From a virus (taxonomy: Duplodnaviria > Caudoviricetes): a DNA stretch of 64,000 bases. Where the stretch lies: positions 1 to 64,000 of the IMG/VR virus record IMGVR_UViG_3300037761_000271; one strand, given 5' to 3'. Under the pieces are notes generated by a model, which did not search any database, was not told where the DNA came from, and worked only from the letters and a program-made list of their open reading frames with translations. Positions within the stretch are counted from its first letter, which is position 1. The number at the start of each line of letters is the position of its first letter. Shown here piece by piece: positions 19,221 through 29,289 of the stretch. A program made the translations under genes and the position numbers.

Positions 19221-19876
19221 CCGTTCGCATTCCCCTGACGCGCGGAAAGTTCGCGCTGGTCGACGAGGACGATGCCGCACTCGTCGGGCAGTTCAAATGG
19301 AACGCTCGCCCCAACCGGAACGGCATGGTGTGGTACGCCGCCCGGACGGTTTGGATTCCTGATGGGCAGCGCTTCATTACGCAGCGGATGCACTCGCTCA
19401 TCACCGGCTTCGCCCAAACGGACCACATCAATGGTGATGGGTTGGACAACCGGCGCTCCAACCTGCGAGAAGCCACCCGCGCCGAGAACCAGCGCAACCA
19501 GTGGAAGACGCACGGAACCTCCCGATACAAGGGCGTGTCGCTTAACGCCGGCAAGGGGAAACCGTGGCATGCCCAGCTGAGGATAGGCGGTCGCACGCTC
19601 CATCTAGGGCTGTTCGAGTCAGAGGCGGACGCGGCCCTGGCCTACGACGCGACGGCGCGCCGCCTGTTCGGTAGGTTTGCCGCGCTGAACGTCCCATACA
19701 CGGGAGAGCGCTCAGCCCTAAAGCCTGAGATCAGATCCCCGGAGGACTTGAGCGGAACTAGGCTATTAGCCCGCCCTGAACCGGGAGAGAGGTCAGTCCT
19801 CGGGGAGGTGGCCCAGGCGACCCATATCGCTTGCCTGTGGGTGGCTGCGCTGATCATGGTGGGGGTGGGGTCCTGA
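19217..19876 (+). CDS. HNH-AP2 homing endonuclease
   Basis: IPLTRGKFALVDED; MHSLI...TDHINGDGLDNRRSNLR; SRYKGVS...HLGLF...AALAYD. Confidence 0.92.
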   Translation: MTVRIPLTRGKFALVDEDDAALVGQFKWNARPNRNGMVWYAARTVWIPDGQRFITQRMHSLITGFAQTDHINGDGLDNRRSNLREATRAENQRNQWKTHGTSRYKGVSLNAGKGKPWHAQLRIGGRTLHLGLFESEADAALAYDATARRLFGRFAALNVPYTGERSALKPEIRSPEDLSGTRLLARPEPGERSVLGEVAQATHIACLWVAALIMVGVGS

Positions 19877-20343
19877 TGGTGGCGAGGATTCCGGTCGGGC
19901 CTTCTGGCGCTACGGCGATCGTGGACGACGACGACTTCGCGTGGTTAAGCGTGTATCGCTGGTCCGTTTACGAGTACGCCGTCCGCCAGCAATGGAGCCA
20001 TGGCCGACCCAAGACCATCTATATGCATCGCGAGATCGTAGCGGCACCAGACGGCGTTCAGGTCGATCACATCAACGGAGACAAGCTCGATAACCGCCGC
20101 GCGAACCTTCGCCTGGTGACCCGCAACCAGAACGCGCAGAACCTACGTGGGGCACGAGCAGACTCGCGCATCGGTCTCCGTGGTGTGGAGCGGACGCACA
20201 GCGGGAGATTCCGCGCCCGAGTCTGGGTCAGGGGCCGGGCGGTACACGCCGGGACCTTCGACACTGCCGAGGAAGCCGGCAGGGCTGCGGCTGCTGCTCG
20301 GCACCAACTGATGACGCATTCGTCAGAGTGCGGGGTGGGCTGA
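19876..20343 (+). CDS. HNH-AP2 homing endonuclease
   Basis: YMHREI...VDHINGDKLDNRRANLR; RGV...RARV...GTFDTAEEA. Confidence 0.92.
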   Translation: MVARIPVGPSGATAIVDDDDFAWLSVYRWSVYEYAVRQQWSHGRPKTIYMHREIVAAPDGVQVDHINGDKLDNRRANLRLVTRNQNAQNLRGARADSRIGLRGVERTHSGRFRARVWVRGRAVHAGTFDTAEEAGRAAAAARHQLMTHSSECGVG

Positions 20344-20344
20344 G

Positions 20345-20518
20345 ATGGCCACCCGGACCGGGACCCAGCAGCCGCAGCCGCAGTACATGACGCGGGCACA
20401 GCGGGAAGCGAACCGGCGGCGGGCGACCGCCCGGCAGCGCGCCCTTTCCCGGCTGGCCCGGGAGCACGCGCCCCGGTACCGGCAGCTCTACCGCGAAGAG
20501 CTGGGAGGGTTGTCGTGA
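20345..20518 (+). CDS. Small basic hypothetical protein
   Basis: Hand-translated MATRTGTQQPQPQYMTRAQREANRRR... Confidence 0.55.
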   Translation: MATRTGTQQPQPQYMTRAQREANRRRATARQRALSRLAREHAPRYRQLYREELGGLS

Positions 20519-20688
20519 TCCTTCCGACCCGCCAGCAGCTCCTCGTACCACGGGTAGGGGATGACCGCCGCCACCGGCTGGCCGTGGCGGGTGACCACGG
20601 TCGGCGTGCGGTGAACCAGGGCGTTGTCGATCACGGTCCGGAAGTTGTCCCGGGCCTCCTGGATGCCCAACTCTGCCCGTTCGGCCAT
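20488..20688 (-). CDS. Phd/YefM-type antitoxin, no adjacent toxin seen
   Basis: LGIQEARDNFRTVIDNA...TVVTRHGQPVAAVIP. Confidence 0.85.
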   Translation of the reverse strand: MAERAELGIQEARDNFRTVIDNALVHRTPTVVTRHGQPVAAVIPYPWYEELLAGRKDHDNPPSSSR

Positions 20689-20758
20689 CTGCGTAGCTTA
20701 CAGCCCTTCTTGACTCTGGAAGGTCTGGAAGGTACTGTAAGGGCTGTAAGCTACGCAG
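20689..20758. promoter_or_regulatory. 20-bp perfect inverted repeat enclosing a -35/-10 promoter
   Basis: CTGCGTAGCTTACAGCCCTT at 20689-20708 and its reverse complement at 20739-20758; TTGACT-N17-TACTGT in the loop; TCTGGAAGG twice. Confidence 0.75.
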
Positions 20759-20775
20759 TTTGGGAGGCGAGGCCA

Positions 20776-21829
20776 GTGACCAGCACCGAGACCGGCATCT
20801 GCCCGGTGATGTGGCCCGTACGCCAGGCCGTCTACGCCGCCGGCTGGGTCGCCCGCCGCTGCGACATCCCACCCGAGCTGTGGGCGCTGGCGCGGGCGCT
20901 GGCCGACCCGGGCCGCCTCGGTGGCGGCGCGCTAATCCGCCATGCGCTGCAAACCGCGGTCCGGTCCGAGCTGTCCGAGCGGACGGAGGCGCACTGATGA
21001 CCGAGCCAGCGGAAGGGCTTCGATCTTCCGACTGCCAGCATCCCGGATGCGGCGTACCGATCGAGGAGATGCCGCCGACGTTCCCCGGTGGTGCGCCGTT
21101 CTGGATGCACGTCGAGCCGGTGCCGGACGGATTCCCCAAGCACCCAGCTACCCCGGTTGAGCAGCAGGAGCCGGTGCGGGTCCGCTGCCCCGGGCTGGGC
21201 TGCGGCGGGCCGGCATGGCGGATGCCCGACGGGGCGGTGTACTGCCCGCAGACCCGGCAGATCGTGCCGGAGCCGTCCGAGCTGGTGCCCGGCTCGCCCT
21301 ACTGCTGGGACTGCAAGGGTGAGCTGTCGTTCCAGCCCGACCACGCCCCATGCGGCGCGACCGGCTGCCAGTGCTGGTGCCAAGCACCGGTGCGGCCGTG
21401 GCACATCGCCGCCATGGCCGAGCGGCTGTGTGATGCCGTCCGTGAGCGTTCCGATGCTGTCCGCCTCGGCATGGGCAGCCCGAAGTACCGGTTGGCGGTC
21501 CGGGCGCAAGGCCGTCGCCGGAAGGCGCTGGAACGGCTGGCTGAGGCGCTGGCCCGGCAGCCGGGAGGTGCGCGGTGACCGCAGGGGTGGAGCTGTCCCG
21601 GGCGCAGCGGGAGGCGCTGGAGTGGCTGGCCACCGGCCGCTATGGACCGGCACCCCACCGGCAGACCGTGGACTCCCTGGAGCGGCTGGGGGCGGTGAAG
21701 CGGCTGGGCGGGTGGCCGGTGCTGACCGGCTCCGGGCGCGCCGAGCTGCCGCCAGCCCGGGAGCTGACCTCGGAGGAGCAGCAGGCATGCGCAGACGAGG
21801 CGGCGTGGAAGCGCCGCCAAGACCACTAG
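20776..21829 (+). CDS. Three hypothetical genes (20776-20997, 20997-21578, 21575-21829)
   Basis: Coupled ORFs. Confidence 0.6.
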
Positions 21830-21842
21830 CAACGAGAGGCAG

Positions 21843-22379
21843 ATGATGAGCGAGAGCCCGTTCAGGCCAGCGGCCAAGGAAGCCGCGGTCCGGGTTCCGC
21901 TTGCCGGTGGCCTGATTGCGCTCGTTGATCCGCAGGACGCCTCGCGTGTCGGCCGGTACAAGTGGAAGCCATTGCGAGAGCACCACGGCTCCATCTACGC
22001 CACCCGGTCCACCTACGGCGACGGCCGGGTGACGACGGTACTGATGCACCGGTTCGTCGTGGGCGCCCCGGCTGGAGTGGGAGTGGACCACAGGAACCGA
22101 GACACCCTGGACAACCGACGGGCCAACTTGCGCCTGGCAACCATGAGCCAGAACCAGGCGAACACGGTGTCGCGTGGAGGTACGTCGCGATTCAAGGGCG
22201 TGAGCTGGGATCGCCGTAGGCGCCTATGGAAGGCACAACTCGCGCATAGGACGGTTGGTCGATTCGGCGATGAGACCGAGGCCGCCGTCGCTTACGACGT
22301 CGCCGCCTTTGAGCGCTGGGGCACATTCGCTTTGCTGAACTTTCCGGCTGTTGACGCTGAGGAGACGCATAATGACTGA
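21843..22379 (+). CDS. HNH-AP2 homing endonuclease
   Basis: LMHRFVV...VDHRNRDTLDNRRANLR; SRFKGVSW...AAVAYD. Confidence 0.92.
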   Translation: MMSESPFRPAAKEAAVRVPLAGGLIALVDPQDASRVGRYKWKPLREHHGSIYATRSTYGDGRVTTVLMHRFVVGAPAGVGVDHRNRDTLDNRRANLRLATMSQNQANTVSRGGTSRFKGVSWDRRRRLWKAQLAHRTVGRFGDETEAAVAYDVAAFERWGTFALLNFPAVDAEETHND

Positions 22380-23265
22380 GAGCCCGTTCCGGCCGGCCGC
22401 GAAGGAGGCCGTGAAGGCCAGGATCGCCCTCACCGGACCATCCGGCAGCGGCAAGTCCTTCACCGCGCTGACCATACTTACCCACCTTGCGGACAGGGTG
22501 GCGGCCATCGACACCGAGCGGGGCCGGCTGAGGGAGCACGCCCGCCGGTTCAAGTTCGACCACTTCGCACCCGAGCGGTACGACCCCCGGGATCTGATCA
22601 AGCTTCTCGGGCAGGCCGGCGCGGCCGGCTACGACGGGGTGCTGGTCGACTCGCTGTCGCACTACTGGTTCGGCAGCGGCGGCGCCCTTGAGTTCGTCGA
22701 CACCCACACCAAGCCGGGCGGTAGCAAGTTCTCCAGCGGCTGGAACGAGTTCCGCCCGATCGAGAACGCGATGCTCGAAGCGCTGCTGTCCTACCCCGGC
22801 CACGTCATCGTCACCATGCGCGTCAAGACCGCGTACGTGGTCGAGACCCTCCCCAATGGGAAGCAGAAGCCGACCAAGGTCGGGCTTAAGCCCGAGCAGC
22901 GTGAAGGCATCGAGCACGAGTTTTCGATCATCGGAGACCTGTCCCGTGACCACGTCATGACGGTCACCAAGTCGACATGCGAGGACCTGATGGACGCGGA
23001 GATCACCAAGCCTGGCACGGAAACCGCGGCGATCATCGCCGAGTGGTGCTCAGACGGCACACCGACGCCGGACGCGATCGAGTACCGCGACCGGGCGCTG
23101 GAGGCGCACATGACCCAGCAGCAGCTGCGGGGCCTGTACGACGAGGCGAAGGGTCGCAAGATGCTCGGCGCGGCGATCGTGGACGAGCACGGCGACGACA
23201 CCACCCTCGGCGCGATGATTGTCCGGCTCGGTCGCGAGCGGCGACCTGTGGCGGTGGCGGCATGA
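22372..23265 (+). CDS. AAA_24/Sak4-like ATPase (recombination)
   Basis: IALTGPSGSGKS Walker A; IDTE; LVDSLSH. Confidence 0.85.
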   Translation: MTESPFRPAAKEAVKARIALTGPSGSGKSFTALTILTHLADRVAAIDTERGRLREHARRFKFDHFAPERYDPRDLIKLLGQAGAAGYDGVLVDSLSHYWFGSGGALEFVDTHTKPGGSKFSSGWNEFRPIENAMLEALLSYPGHVIVTMRVKTAYVVETLPNGKQKPTKVGLKPEQREGIEHEFSIIGDLSRDHVMTVTKSTCEDLMDAEITKPGTETAAIIAEWCSDGTPTPDAIEYRDRALEAHMTQQQLRGLYDEAKGRKMLGAAIVDEHGDDTTLGAMIVRLGRERRPVAVAA

Positions 23266-23780
23266 CGGACATCCGCAGCGCGACCCGCCTGGTGATGGCG
23301 ACCCGGCTGATCGGTGACGTGGTGAAGGACGAGACCGACGCGGCGAAGGTCCTGTCCCGTGAGCTGATGCAGCAGACCGGCATAGAGCGGGTGCGGGTCA
23401 ATGACGAAGCCGGGAACAGCCTCGGAACCGTCTCCCTGACCGTCGGCCGGGTGTCGGCCCGGGTCACCGACGAGGCGGCGTTCACCGCCTGGGTGCAGCG
23501 CAATCATCCCGACGAGACGGTGACGGTGGTGCGGGACTCGTTCCGGAAGAAGGTGCTCGACTCGGCCACCGGCAAGGCGGAGCACGGGGACCCGACGGCA
23601 GTCGGCCCGGATGGGGAGGTGCTGCCCGGGGTGGAGGTGGTGCACGGGCTGCCGTACATCATGGTCCGGCCGACTGTGGAGGCGCGGGACCGGATGCGGA
23701 CCATGCTCGCCAACTCCGGGCTGCTGGCTCTGGCTTCCGGTGCGACGCCGGCGGAGGAGGTGCCCGGCGATGCGGCGTAG
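23262..23780 (+). CDS. Hypothetical protein of the recombination module
   Basis: Coupled start; VTDEAAFTAWV segment. Confidence 0.7.
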   Translation: MTDIRSATRLVMATRLIGDVVKDETDAAKVLSRELMQQTGIERVRVNDEAGNSLGTVSLTVGRVSARVTDEAAFTAWVQRNHPDETVTVVRDSFRKKVLDSATGKAEHGDPTAVGPDGEVLPGVEVVHGLPYIMVRPTVEARDRMRTMLANSGLLALASGATPAEEVPGDAA

Positions 23781-24297
23781 CGCGATGCCGCGCGGCACCA
23801 AGCCGCTGCGGACCCTCACCCCGCTGATCCGTCGCATCGGGCTGGTGCAGGTCGGGCGCAAGCGGCAGGCCGAGGCGGAGGCGGCCGGGAAGCCGGTCAA
23901 GCCGGCCCTGACCACCCGCCCGCGCGCGACGGTTCCGGCGGACAAGCGGGCAGCGCTGGCCAAGCGCTCCGGCGGGGTGTGCGAGATCCAGTTGCCGGGC
24001 CTGCCGGGCCGCCCGGGCTGCACCTGGTGGGCCACCGACGCGTGCCACCGGCGCACCCAGGGCATGGGCGGCCGGTTCGGCGAAGCCAAGGAGGAGATCG
24101 ACCAGCTTTCCGACGTGCTCGCCGGGTGCCGCACCTGCCACCGACACACGCACGATCAGCCGGCCGAGGCGATGGACGACGGGCTCCGGCTCAAGGACTG
24201 CATGGACCCGTTGGCCGAGCCGGTCCTGTACCGGGGAGAGCTGTCCTACCTGACCGACGACGGTCGGGTCCTGAGCTACGAGGAAGTGGGAGCCTGA
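23770..24297 (+). CDS. HNH-like nuclease
   Basis: RSGGVCE...C...CHRR...CRTCH. Confidence 0.65.
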   Translation: MRRSAMPRGTKPLRTLTPLIRRIGLVQVGRKRQAEAEAAGKPVKPALTTRPRATVPADKRAALAKRSGGVCEIQLPGLPGRPGCTWWATDACHRRTQGMGGRFGEAKEEIDQLSDVLAGCRTCHRHTHDQPAEAMDDGLRLKDCMDPLAEPVLYRGELSYLTDDGRVLSYEEVGA

Positions 24298-26657
24298 TGG
24301 AGATCACTGTCAATGTCGACACGACGGGTATCGACCTGTCGACCCCGATCGGGCAACGGTACGGCGACGACGGGCAGGAGCCGCGCACTGTCGGGGACGA
24401 GGTTGTGCGCCAGCTTGTCGCCTCGATCACCCGGTCGGACGGCTACTCGGGGATTCCCGCGCGGCTGCGGGAGCTGCGCGACCAGGAGATCCGCGAGCAG
24501 ATCCGTCCCGTCATCGCTTCGGCGGTCGCGGAGCCGTTGCAGCGCACCAACGAATACGGCCGGCCGGTTGGCGACTCCAAGCCGCTGGCCGAGCTGATCG
24601 TCGATGAGGTCCGGTCCTACCTGACCCGCCGCGCCGACACCTACGACCGTAGCGGCCGGAGCGTGGTCCAGAAGCTGATCGCCGACGAAATTGATCGGGT
24701 GATCACCGGCGAGCTGAAAAGGGCGATCGCCGACGAGAAGGCCAAGGTCGTCGCTGCGGTGCGGGCGAAGGCTGCCGACCTGATCGCCCAGGCGGTCAAG
24801 GAAGGCGTGGGCCGCTGATGGGCCAGCCGACGATCACCTGGGGTCCCGGCGACCTGCGCCCGGACTCCCCGGAGGATCTGGCCTACCGGGACGGTGAGGC
24901 GCAGCGGCAGGCGGAGGTGGTCGAGTGCGCAGACGACCGCGGCCACGCCTGGTGGCTGGAGCTGGAACACCCCGAAGACGGCTCCGGTATCAGCCTCTCG
25001 TGCGAGCACTGCCCGGCAGGGTTCGACGACCTGTACCCGGATGGGGTGGACGCGGTGAACGCCGACGTGGCCGGGGTGGAGATCGCCGCCGGCTGCCACA
25101 ACTCGCCGGTGCCGCTGCTGATCCCCGTCGACTGCGAGGTGCGCACCACCCACATCTCCAACCCGATCGTCGGTGAGGACTGGGATGTGGAGTTCACCGT
25201 CGCGGCGCGTGGTCCGGCCCGGCCGGTGATTTGGCCGCCCAACCAGAGCAACGACAACAGCCAGGAGGGCTGACATGGCAGCGAAGACCAGGCCCATGCG
25301 GGTGATCCATTTCGCGGAGATCGAGCAGCGGTTCCGGCTGGTGCCGCTGATCATGGGGAAGGTTCACCCGGCGGTGGGCAAGGACGAGCGGGGCGAGGGC
25401 TACTTCGCCCGGGTCCTGGTGTCATCCATCCCGGGCACTTACGGCGGTTCGCTTGACCGGTACACGTACTTCCGGTTCGACAACGACGGCACCATCGCCG
25501 AGGCACCACGCGGGTTTGCGAAGGACTACCGGCCGGGCCGGGTTCCGGTGGAGGAGCTGGACGCGGCCGTGGCCAAGTACGCGAAAGCGGTGGTCCGGTG
25601 AGTCGGCGGGCTCAGGCCGCCGTTGTCGTGGCGGCGTTGCTGGTCAGCCTGACCGGGTGCAATCAGAAGCCGGCCGGCGATCCGGGCGGCCCGAAGGGGT
25701 CGTTCAGGGTGGCGACCGTGGACGTGGATGGCCGGCAGGTGGTGTGCATCACCTGGGCCGATTCCTACAAGGGCGGTATCTCGTGTGACTGGGAGGGGGC
25801 ACGCTGATGGCCAGGGTGGAGAGCGCCACCTTCCCCGCGTCGGTGCCGACCGTGGAGCCGGTGCCGTGCCCGGCCGGTGACAACTGCCTGGGCCACCCGG
25901 CACTACCCGAGGGCTGGACTTCCTGGCAGGAAGCGCTGCACCGGGACGACAACTTCGCCACCTGGTCTACATGGCACCGGACCGAGCCGCTGGTGCGGGC
26001 GGAGTCGCTTGGCCACCAGGTGGAGTGGGACCCGCCGGCCGCGCTGACCACCGGCCGCCGCTGGACATGCAAAACGTGCGGCGAAGCGGTGCTGATCTAT
26101 CACAACAACATCTACGGCGGGGCCATGGAGCGGACCTGCCAGGAGTCGCTGGAGTTACGGAGGGAGCGCCGTGGCTGAGTGGGAGCGCCGGGAGCAGCAC
26201 CTGGTGACCGTCACCGGCCCGGCGGTGGCCGACGCGGACGACGTGATCCGGGAGCTGCACGCCGCGATGTCGGAGTACCGGCAGATCGCCGCTGAACCAC
26301 CGAACACGCAGGTGCCGCCTGGTGCAGTCACCCTGTCCGCTGCCGGTGGGGTGATCACCGTACGGGTGGATCACGTGGAGTCGGCAGATGTGCCGGACGT
26401 GGAGGAGCCGCCGGAGTTGCGGCCGGGGGTGCCCGGTGGGTAGGCGGCTCGTCCTGGACACCGGCGCCGGGGCGCTGGTGATCGAGGCTGGGGAGCGGCC
26501 GGGGGAGCTGCTGGTGTGGCTGGGCCCGGACGACGGCCGGCGGGTGGCGCTCGCCCCAGGGCTGGTGCTGGAGCTGTGCGGCTGGCTGGAGCGGGAGCAG
26601 GTGCTGGCGCAGGCCCGGGAGGCGTTCCAGGGCAGCTTCCACGGCGGTGCGGCGTGA
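24297..26657 (+). CDS. Coupled hypothetical genes (24297-24818, 24818-25273, 25275-25601, 25598-25807 lipoprotein, 25807-26178, 26171-26443, 26436-26657)
   Basis: Overlapping starts/stops; lipobox LTGC in 25598-25807. Confidence 0.6.
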
Positions 26658-27040
26658 ACGGTGTGGTGGTGTGGCCGGTGCGGATGCGCCGCTGGTCCCC
26701 GACCGCCGGCTGGGTGTGGGCGCTGTGGGCGTGGACCGGCCGGGATCCGCTGGCCGTGACGGTGGAAGTGGCGCTCGGCTCGGAGTGGACGCTGGCCCGT
26801 GCGCTGCTGCGGCAGGGGCTGAGCAGGCCGGCGGGGCTGGGTGCGGTGCAGGTGTTCCCGCACCGGGGCGCCGTCGCCGTCGGGCTGTACGGGCCGGGTG
26901 TGCTGACCCTGTACACCGCCCGCCGGCGGGACCTGGGCGGGTTCCTCGCCGCCACCTACCTGGTGGTGCCGGACGGGGAGGAGCGGGTGGATGTGGACGC
27001 GGCCATCGCCCGCGTGCTGGGGGAGGTGACCCGTGGTTAA
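26654..27040 (+). CDS. SsgA-like (SALP) protein
   Basis: DPLAV...WTLARALLRQGL..PAGLGAVQVFP...FLAATYLVVPDGEE. Confidence 0.85.
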   Translation: MNGVVVWPVRMRRWSPTAGWVWALWAWTGRDPLAVTVEVALGSEWTLARALLRQGLSRPAGLGAVQVFPHRGAVAVGLYGPGVLTLYTARRRDLGGFLAATYLVVPDGEERVDVDAAIARVLGEVTRG

Positions 27041-27473
27041 GGAGTGGCGGATCGCTGCCCTATGCCAGTACACCGATCCGGAGATTTTCTTCGTCGATAA
27101 AGGTGGCTCGGTCCAGCCGGCCCTGCGGGTCTGCGGCCGGTGCGAGGGCTGGGTGCGGCAGGCGTGCCTGGCCGACGCGCTCGGGGTGGAGGCCCGGGTC
27201 GGGGGGAAGCCGTACGGCGTCCGGGGTGGGAAGACCGCCCTGCAGCGGGAAGCCCTACTGAAGGAGCGGCGTAGCCAGCCGGTGCCGGAGTCGCCGACGG
27301 TGGCGCGGGTGCGCCGGCTGGCGGCGGCGGGGATGCGGGACCACGAGATCGCCCGGCGGACCGGCAAGTCGCCGAAGGCGATCAACACGCTCCGTCGCCG
27401 CAAGCACATCCCAGCTGGCCAGCCGACCGGCGGCGGGCGGCTGCGGGACACCGTACGGGCGGGTGTGCTGTGA
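27033..27473 (+). CDS. whiB: WhiB-family regulator with C-terminal HTH
   Basis: AALCQYTDPEIFF...CGRC...CLADAL...GVRGG. Confidence 0.88.
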   Translation: MVKEWRIAALCQYTDPEIFFVDKGGSVQPALRVCGRCEGWVRQACLADALGVEARVGGKPYGVRGGKTALQREALLKERRSQPVPESPTVARVRRLAAAGMRDHEIARRTGKSPKAINTLRRRKHIPAGQPTGGGRLRDTVRAGVL

Positions 27474-27835
27474 CTGGGCTGCCGATGAGCGAGGACGAGC
27501 TGGTGACCAGCGTGTGTGACCTGGCCGCGACGGTCGGTCTGCGGGTGGCCCACTTCCGGCCGGCCCGCACCAACCGCGGCTGGCGCACACCGTTGCAGGG
27601 CAACGGTGGGGCCGGGTTCCCGGACACGGTGATCTGGGGGCCGGGCGGGCTGCTGCTGCGGGAGCTGAAACAGGACCGGGCCTACCCGTCGCAGGTGCAG
27701 CGGCAGCGGGCTGACGAGTTGCGGGCCGCCGGCGCCGACGTGGGCGTGTGGAAGCCACGTGACTGGCACTCGGGGCGCATCCATGACGAGCTGCGGGCGA
27801 TCAGCCGCTACGCGGACAGGGGGAAACGTGTCTGA
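27470..27835 (+). CDS. VRR-NUC nuclease
   Basis: GFPDTV...RELK...Q...ELRAAG...VW. Confidence 0.85.
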   Translation: MTGLPMSEDELVTSVCDLAATVGLRVAHFRPARTNRGWRTPLQGNGGAGFPDTVIWGPGGLLLRELKQDRAYPSQVQRQRADELRAAGADVGVWKPRDWHSGRIHDELRAISRYADRGKRV

Positions 27836-27995
27836 GACGACCGAGCAGGCCGAGCCCGTGGTCCGGTTCACCCTGGCCCCCACCAGCGGGGAGAGCGGCC
27901 GGACCGGTCCGCTGCTGGTGGTGCCGCTGCCCACGGACGCCCGGCTGGTCACCGCGGTGATGCTGGCCGCCTCCGGCTGGTGGGAGCACCGCTAC

Positions 27996-29289
27996 GGCCG
28001 GGCAAGCGAGCCCTGGAGGTGCCATGCTGACCGGTCGTAGGTACCTGCTCGCGTTGACACCTGAGCAGGAGCAGTACGCCGAGCAGGTCGCCGGGATCTG
28101 TCGGGCGGTGTGGAACACCGGCCTGGAGCAACGCCGCGTCTACCGTCGGCGAGGTGCGTTTGTCGGCTACGCGCAGCAGTGCCGCGAGTTGGCGGGGGCG
28201 AAGCGGGAGCCGGGTTTGGAGTGGTTGGCCGACGCGCCGAGCCACTGCCTTCAGCAAACGTTGCGGGATCTCGACCGGGCGTGCCGGACCCATGGTACGT
28301 GGAAGGTGCGGTGGCGGTCGAAGTCTCGCACGGCACCGTCGTTCCGGTTTCCCGAAGGACCCGAGATCATCGTTGAGCGCGTGAATCGCCGCTGGGGTCG
28401 GGTTAAGTTGCGGAGATTCGGTTGGGTGCGGTTCCGCTGGACCCGCACGCTCGGCGGCCAGATCCGCAACGCGACTGTGCTGAGGGACGGTGGCCGCTGG
28501 TGCATCTCGTTCTGCATCGAGGACGGTGTCGAGCCGGCCACGCCGAACGGGCATCCGCCGGTGGGTGTCGACCGGGGTGTGGTTGTGGCGGTGGCCACGT
28601 CCGACGGCCAGCTGCGGGACCGCGAGGTGGCCACATCCGGCGAGGCGATGCGGCTGCGGCGGTTGCACCAGCAGCTTGCCCGGTCGCGGCGGGTGCATGG
28701 CCGTAACCGTGCCTCCCGGCGACGGGACGCGACCCGACGGAAGCTGGCCGCGCTGCATTCCCACATCCGGGCGCGTCGCACCGACTTCAACGCCTGCACG
28801 GCTCACCGCCTGACCCGAGACCACGGCCTGATCGTCGTCGAGGACCTGCGGGTTAGGAACATGACCCGATCCGCCAAGGGCACCATCGAGGCGCCCGGCA
28901 CCAATGTTCGGCAGAAGGCCAGCCTGAACCGATCGGTCTTGTCGAAGGGATGGGGGCAGCTAGTCGCCCGGCTGGAGCACAAGGCCCGGTACCACGGCTC
29001 GACCGTGGTCAAGGTCAACCCTGCATACACGTCGCAGCGTTGCTCCGCCTGTGGGCATGTGGACCCGAAGTCCCGCGAGAGCCAAGCGGTCTTCCGGTGC
29101 ACAGCCTGCGGGTATACGGACAACGCGGACGTGAACGCGGCTAAGAACATCCTTGCCGCAGGGCTTGCGGTGACAGGGCGTGGAGACCTCGCCGTTGGGC
29201 GGTCCGCGAAGCGCCAACTACCCAGAGGGAGCACGGCATTGAACCGTAACCCTGGGAACCCTTTGCCTTCAGGCGGGGGTGGACGTCAA
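27996..29289 (+). mobile_element. IS200/IS605-family tnpB-only element 1 (left boundary approximate)
   Basis: Right end GCCTTCAGGCGGGGGTGGACGTCAA; no tnpA. Confidence 0.8.

Noticed and set aside
20516-20530. GATCCTTCCGAC as a fourth copy of the 27-29 bp motif
   Set aside because: Contains an extra base and lacks the 5' arm.
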